Of a stretch of DNA of 64,000 bases, positions 60,246 through 64,000 are shown in pieces (position 1 is the first letter of the stretch; every line of letters starts with the position of its first letter). The notes under the pieces were generated by a model. It did not search any database. It was not told where the DNA came from and saw only the letters and a program-made list of their open reading frames with translations. Origin of the DNA: a bacterium (GTDB lineage: Bacteria; SAR324; NAC60-12); assembly GCA_965205865.1 (NCBI GenBank), contig CBDBHR010000028.1, positions 32,001 through 96,000 on the forward strand. Reading direction: 5' to 3'. A program made the translations under genes and the position numbers.

Positions 60246-61217
60246 TTACCCGTTGAAAGGGTTGATCAGACGGGCCAGGAGGCTTCTTTTGCGTTTCACC
60301 ACCGCGGTGCCGTAACTGCCCTCACCACCACGAAGTCGGGGGTCGAGCAGGTCCCTGAGGGCATCTCCGAACATGTTGAGGGAGTAGACGATAATCGTCA
60401 GGCAGAGCCCCGGCCAGAGCGCCAACCAGGGCGCCTGCTCCATGTACTGACGCCCTTCAATGCTGAGCAAACTTCCCCAGTCAGGACTGCCGGGGGGCAG
60501 CCCGAATCCGAGGAAGCTCAGCGAAGCCAGGCTGAGGATGTGGCCTCCGATGCTGATGCTGAAAACGATGATGATGACCGGCATAATATTGGGTACGACA
60601 TGACGGATCAGGGTTCTCACTCTTCGGTTGCCAGTCGCCTCTGCCGCCAGAAAGTAATCATTCTCCTTAATGGCTATCACGGCGCCTCTGATGACTCTGG
60701 ATCCGCCGATGCCTCCGGATATCCCCAGGACCAGGATGATCTGGGGGATCCCCGGCCCCACGATGGACATGATCGTTAGCAACAGGATCAGTCCCGGGAA
60801 AACTATCCAGGCATCGACAACCCTCTGCACTATAATGTCAAACTTACCCCCAATGAATCCGGAAGTGCCGCCGATCAGGGTACTGATCACCGTACTGAGC
60901 GCGGTGATGGACAGACCGATCAGGATGGAAAGACGACCCCCCAGGATCAGGCGGCTCAGGAGGTCCCGCCCGATGTGGTCGGTCCCCAGGAGATACTGGG
61001 CGGATGAGCCCTGAAACCGGTCTCTCAAGTGTATTTTATCAGGGGGATAAGGGGTCAGCGCATCGGCAAAGATCGCCACCAGAATCCAGATCAAGATGAT
61101 CATCCCGCAGACAGTACCCAGCGGCTTCTCCCTGACCAGCCTGATCAAGAATTCCGCCAGCCTGCTACGTCTCTTTGGCTCGATTACTGGTAATGGTATC
61201 CCTGTGGCGTCACTCAT
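60246..61217 (-). CDS. DppC-like permease
   Basis: LLGTDHIGRD, HVVPN, GDALRDLLDPR. Confidence 0.92.
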   Translation of the reverse strand: MSDATGIPLPVIEPKRRSRLAEFLIRLVREKPLGTVCGMIILIWILVAIFADALTPYPPDKIHLRDRFQGSSAQYLLGTDHIGRDLLSRLILGGRLSILIGLSITALSTVISTLIGGTSGFIGGKFDIIVQRVVDAWIVFPGLILLLTIMSIVGPGIPQIILVLGISGGIGGSRVIRGAVIAIKENDYFLAAEATGNRRVRTLIRHVVPNIMPVIIIVFSISIGGHILSLASLSFLGFGLPPGSPDWGSLLSIEGRQYMEQAPWLALWPGLCLTIIVYSLNMFGDALRDLLDPRLRGGEGSYGTAVVKRKRSLLARLINPFNG

Positions 61218-61226
61218 ATTCCCCCT

Positions 61227-62240
61227 TTAGCTGTAGCGGACCCTGGGGTCCAAATAGGGATAAATCAGGTCGGTCAGGAGAATGATCACCATCACGAGGG
61301 AGGCGTAAAACATGTTGACTCCGGAGACCACCGGGTAGTCTCGCAGTTTGAGTGCATTCAGCAAGAGATCACCTAGTCCGGGCAGGTTGAAGATGTTCTC
61401 CATGATCACCGAGCCACCGATCAGGAGTGGCAACTGCATGCCGATCAGAGTCACGACCGGGATGAGGGAATTTTTAATGGCGTGTCTTATCACCACGATA
61501 CGCTCCCGGAGCCCCTTGGACCAGGCGGTGCGGATATAATCCTGCCGGAGCACCTCCAGCATCATGGTGCGCGTCATCCGCATGGTGCTGGCCGACATGG
61601 CCGTCCCCAGAATTAGGCTGGGAATGATGAGAATCCCGAGATTCCCCAGCGGGTCTTCGGTGAAAGGAACCCACTCCATCGGGGGCGACCAACCCCACCA
61701 GATCGCTGGGAAGATCATCACCATCAGGGCCAGCCAGAAGTTGGGAGTTGCCATGCCGATGATGGCGGCGGTGCGCCCCACGTAGTCGGCGGCCGTATCC
61801 TGGCGAATCGCCGAGTAGATGCCGACGGGCAGCGCGATCACCAACCCGATGACGATGGACAGGACACCAAGCCCCATGCTGACCGGTAATCTACCTATTA
61901 GCTTCTCCTCTACCGCCCACTGGCCAAACAGTGACGTGCCAAGGCTGCCCTGGAGGAGACCTTTAAAGTGGGACTCACCGGTAAGCCAGTCAGGGGTCGG
62001 CAACACTCCTATCCAGCGTCCATACTGCACGTAGACAGGCACGTCCAGTCCCAGCATACGCTCAAGAGCTTCACGGTCAATCTCCCATGCCCCCCCCAGG
62101 TACTCCTCTGACACCAGCATTCCCACCATTACGTCTATTGCATCGCCCGGGATGAAGCGCACCGAGAGAAAGACGATGATGCTCAGGATAAACAGGGTGG
62201 GGATGATCAGTAATATCCGCCTGATGATATAGGCTCTCAT
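61227..62240 (-). CDS. DppB-like permease
   Basis: YIIRR, PGDA, QDYIRTAWSKG, RHAIKN, DPRVRY. Confidence 0.93.
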   Translation of the reverse strand: MRAYIIRRILLIIPTLFILSIIVFLSVRFIPGDAIDVMVGMLVSEEYLGGAWEIDREALERMLGLDVPVYVQYGRWIGVLPTPDWLTGESHFKGLLQGSLGTSLFGQWAVEEKLIGRLPVSMGLGVLSIVIGLVIALPVGIYSAIRQDTAADYVGRTAAIIGMATPNFWLALMVMIFPAIWWGWSPPMEWVPFTEDPLGNLGILIIPSLILGTAMSASTMRMTRTMMLEVLRQDYIRTAWSKGLRERIVVIRHAIKNSLIPVVTLIGMQLPLLIGGSVIMENIFNLPGLGDLLLNALKLRDYPVVSGVNMFYASLVMVIILLTDLIYPYLDPRVRYS

Positions 62241-62294
62241 CTCGCACACCTCATCATTTTTGAAATTGGCAGGGAAACGCGGGGTATCCTAGAG

Positions 62295-62320
62295 TGGACC
62301 GGGCAGTCCTGCCCGGTCCA
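62295..62320 (-). terminator. Intergenic hairpin after SBP gene
   Basis: TGGACCGGGCAG/CTGCCCGGTCCA perfect 12-bp inverted repeat. Confidence 0.55.
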
Positions 62321-62338
62321 TCAGTACTTCCAGTCGGC

Positions 62339-64000
62339 CTACCACTGGCTCTTGTCCTTCAATTCCTGGTCAATCCAGAGCCGGGCGAAGATGGCAACAT
62401 TATTGCTCTGGACGGACAGACCGCCTTCAGCGTTGAAACCTATGACCCACGGCTGGCTCGCGTAAAACTGCGGAATTTTAGGACCCCATATATGCTCGTG
62501 CTTCAATATCTGGTGCCAATCGCACGCTTTAACCAGCCTCGCCTGCTCCTCAAGGGTGGTAGCGGCCTTGACCCCTTCATGCATTGCCTCTTGGACCGGA
62601 TCATCCGGAAGCTTCATGTAAAATTTCGAGGGCGCATAGCACGTGCTGGTAGGGGGATAGTCGAGGCCCAGATGCCACCCCTGCAACGCTAACCCGCCCC
62701 CGCCCCAAGTACCTTCCTCGGCCATAGCCATCCAAACAGGTCGCTCTATTGTCTCAATCTCTCCAGCAATGCCAATCTCAGCAAGGTAGGCTTTAACTAT
62801 TTCAAGATAGCCCAAATCAGTGTTAGAGCGGAGTACCAGGGGGAGCGAGAATCTAACGCCGTCGGCGCCGCGCGGAAACCCGGCCTCATCAAGGAGCTTC
62901 TCGGCACCTTCCGGGTCATAGATCCAGTATTGCTTGACCTCCTCGGGCCACTCTTCAAATGGGTTTCTATACCCGCCGATGATATTGTCCCCTACTTTCC
63001 CCTGAGGTATCCACTTGCCCTGACCCTTAAAGTAGGTATTTACAATGGTCTCGAGGTCCAGTGCCATCTGTATTGCGTGGCGCACCATAATGTCGTCAAG
63101 TGGCGACGGCACGAAAGGATTATAAGCCGACAAACTGTAGTTCGACCGAAAATCCCACTTGTACAACTTGATTTCGGGGTTGGTCCGCCTGATGCTCTCT
63201 GCAAATTCGACATTCATATAGGCCCCATCGTGCTTAATGATATCAATCTTAGCCGTGCGCAGTGCCGCCGCGACTGTTGCGGGTTCCTGAATAAGCAGGT
63301 TCCTTACCTGGTCAGTATAGGGCAAGCGGTTCTCCGGGTATTTTTCGTCGTAGCCCCAGTAGTCAGGATTCTTGGTATAGGTTATAGAGCTGCCTTCGAC
63401 CCAGTCCGTGATCTCATAGGGCCCGGTGCCGACCAGATTCTTCCAATCCGCTCTCTTAATAATGCCCTGTGGCACTTCAGCAGTCCTTGATTCCTCGATT
63501 ACCTCAGGGGGAAACATATAACCACTGTACGTGGTGGCGATATTCACAAGCGCATTGAGGTCAAACTGGCTCAGCTTAAAAACAACCGTCCATTTGTCGG
63601 TCGCTGTTATCGATTCCATTCGCAGCGTCCCATAAGCCATCATCCACACCCCGGGTTCGGCTTCACTGAACTCGGTCCCTGTTAACTCGTTTCCCATTAT
63701 ACGGTGAAAGTTGTATTCGACATCAGCAGCAGTAAACTCTCTCCCGTTCATCGGTGGCTTATTATGCCAGCGAACGCCCTTACGGATATGGAAGGTCCAG
63801 GTGAGGCCGTCCGGGGAAATTTCCCAGCTTTCCGCCAGCAGCCCTTTTATCACTTTAGAATCCAGGTACGATGGGGGAAAGGTCCATTCATTCCTATCTA
63901 TTCCCCAGTCCGCCATGCCTAGCGTCTCGACGACGCCGGCGATGACCCACGGCCCCCCGCAGCAGTAGTAGGTGTCAATCTGGGTCACGTTTGCTGCATG
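62339..64000 (-). CDS. Family 5 ABC substrate-binding protein (start outside window)
   Basis: LAESWE, GVRWHNKPPMNGRE, GTGPY, VRHAIQMALD; paralog of 27521-29302. Confidence 0.92.
   Translation of the reverse strand, partial: HAANVTQIDTYYCCGGPWVIAGVVETLGMADWGIDRNEWTFPPSYLDSKVIKGLLAESWEISPDGLTWTFHIRKGVRWHNKPPMNGREFTAADVEYNFHRIMGNELTGTEFSEAEPGVWMMAYGTLRMESITATDKWTVVFKLSQFDLNALVNIATTYSGYMFPPEVIEESRTAEVPQGIIKRADWKNLVGTGPYEITDWVEGSSITYTKNPDYWGYDEKYPENRLPYTDQVRNLLIQEPATVAAALRTAKIDIIKHDGAYMNVEFAESIRRTNPEIKLYKWDFRSNYSLSAYNPFVPSPLDDIMVRHAIQMALDLETIVNTYFKGQGKWIPQGKVGDNIIGGYRNPFEEWPEEVKQYWIYDPEGAEKLLDEAGFPRGADGVRFSLPLVLRSNTDLGYLEIVKAYLAEIGIAGEIETIERPVWMAMAEEGTWGGGGLALQGWHLGLDYPPTSTCYAPSKFYMKLPDDPVQEAMHEGVKAATTLEEQARLVKACDWHQILKHEHIWGPKIPQFYASQPWVIGFNAEGGLSVQSNNVAIFARLWIDQELKDKSQW

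Noticed and set aside
59472-60779. 435-aa plus-strand ORF, and similar long antisense ORFs (48401-49477, 7372-8205, 15360-16190, 23012-23773, 42829-43623)
   Set aside because: Shadow ORFs opposite well-supported genes, with no recognisable motifs

Overview
Bacterial chromosomal window, probably from an environmental MAG. The gene content is compatible with a SAR324/deltaproteobacteria-like organism, but that is low-confidence inference. Housekeeping and catabolic blocks (ribH, pcm, galU, rluA-like, pgm, clpP, sppA, tRNA-Ser, acoXABC, sugar and Dpp-type ABC transporters, PhyH-family dioxygenases) alternate with decayed accessory DNA. The accessory DNA holds many IS remnants, an intact IS110 and IS1380, an IS1595, two REP-like repeat families, an ORF-less group II intron and three toxin-antitoxin loci. 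A defence island at about 46.7-58.9 kb carries a PLD-helicase plus adenine MTase, a DUF2971-like gene and an Abi-like gene. Three signals stand out. (1) At the end of the defence island is a non-canonical 8/4-fold, Sec-like-D-arm, long-variable-arm allo-tRNA with a Ser-type body and a GAA (Phe) anticodon, inside a small promoter-ORF-hairpin-irregular-tRNA unit. (2) An IS110 has an upstream non-coding region with readable target and donor guide segments that match its own junctions; an 84-bp MITE with the same ends sits in the opposite arm of the same palindrome, and an empty target occurs at 26.3 kb. (3) An ORF-less group II intron is inserted into a REP-like palindrome whose empty copy is at 33.05 kb. 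All assignments come from motif reading by eye; no searches were run.
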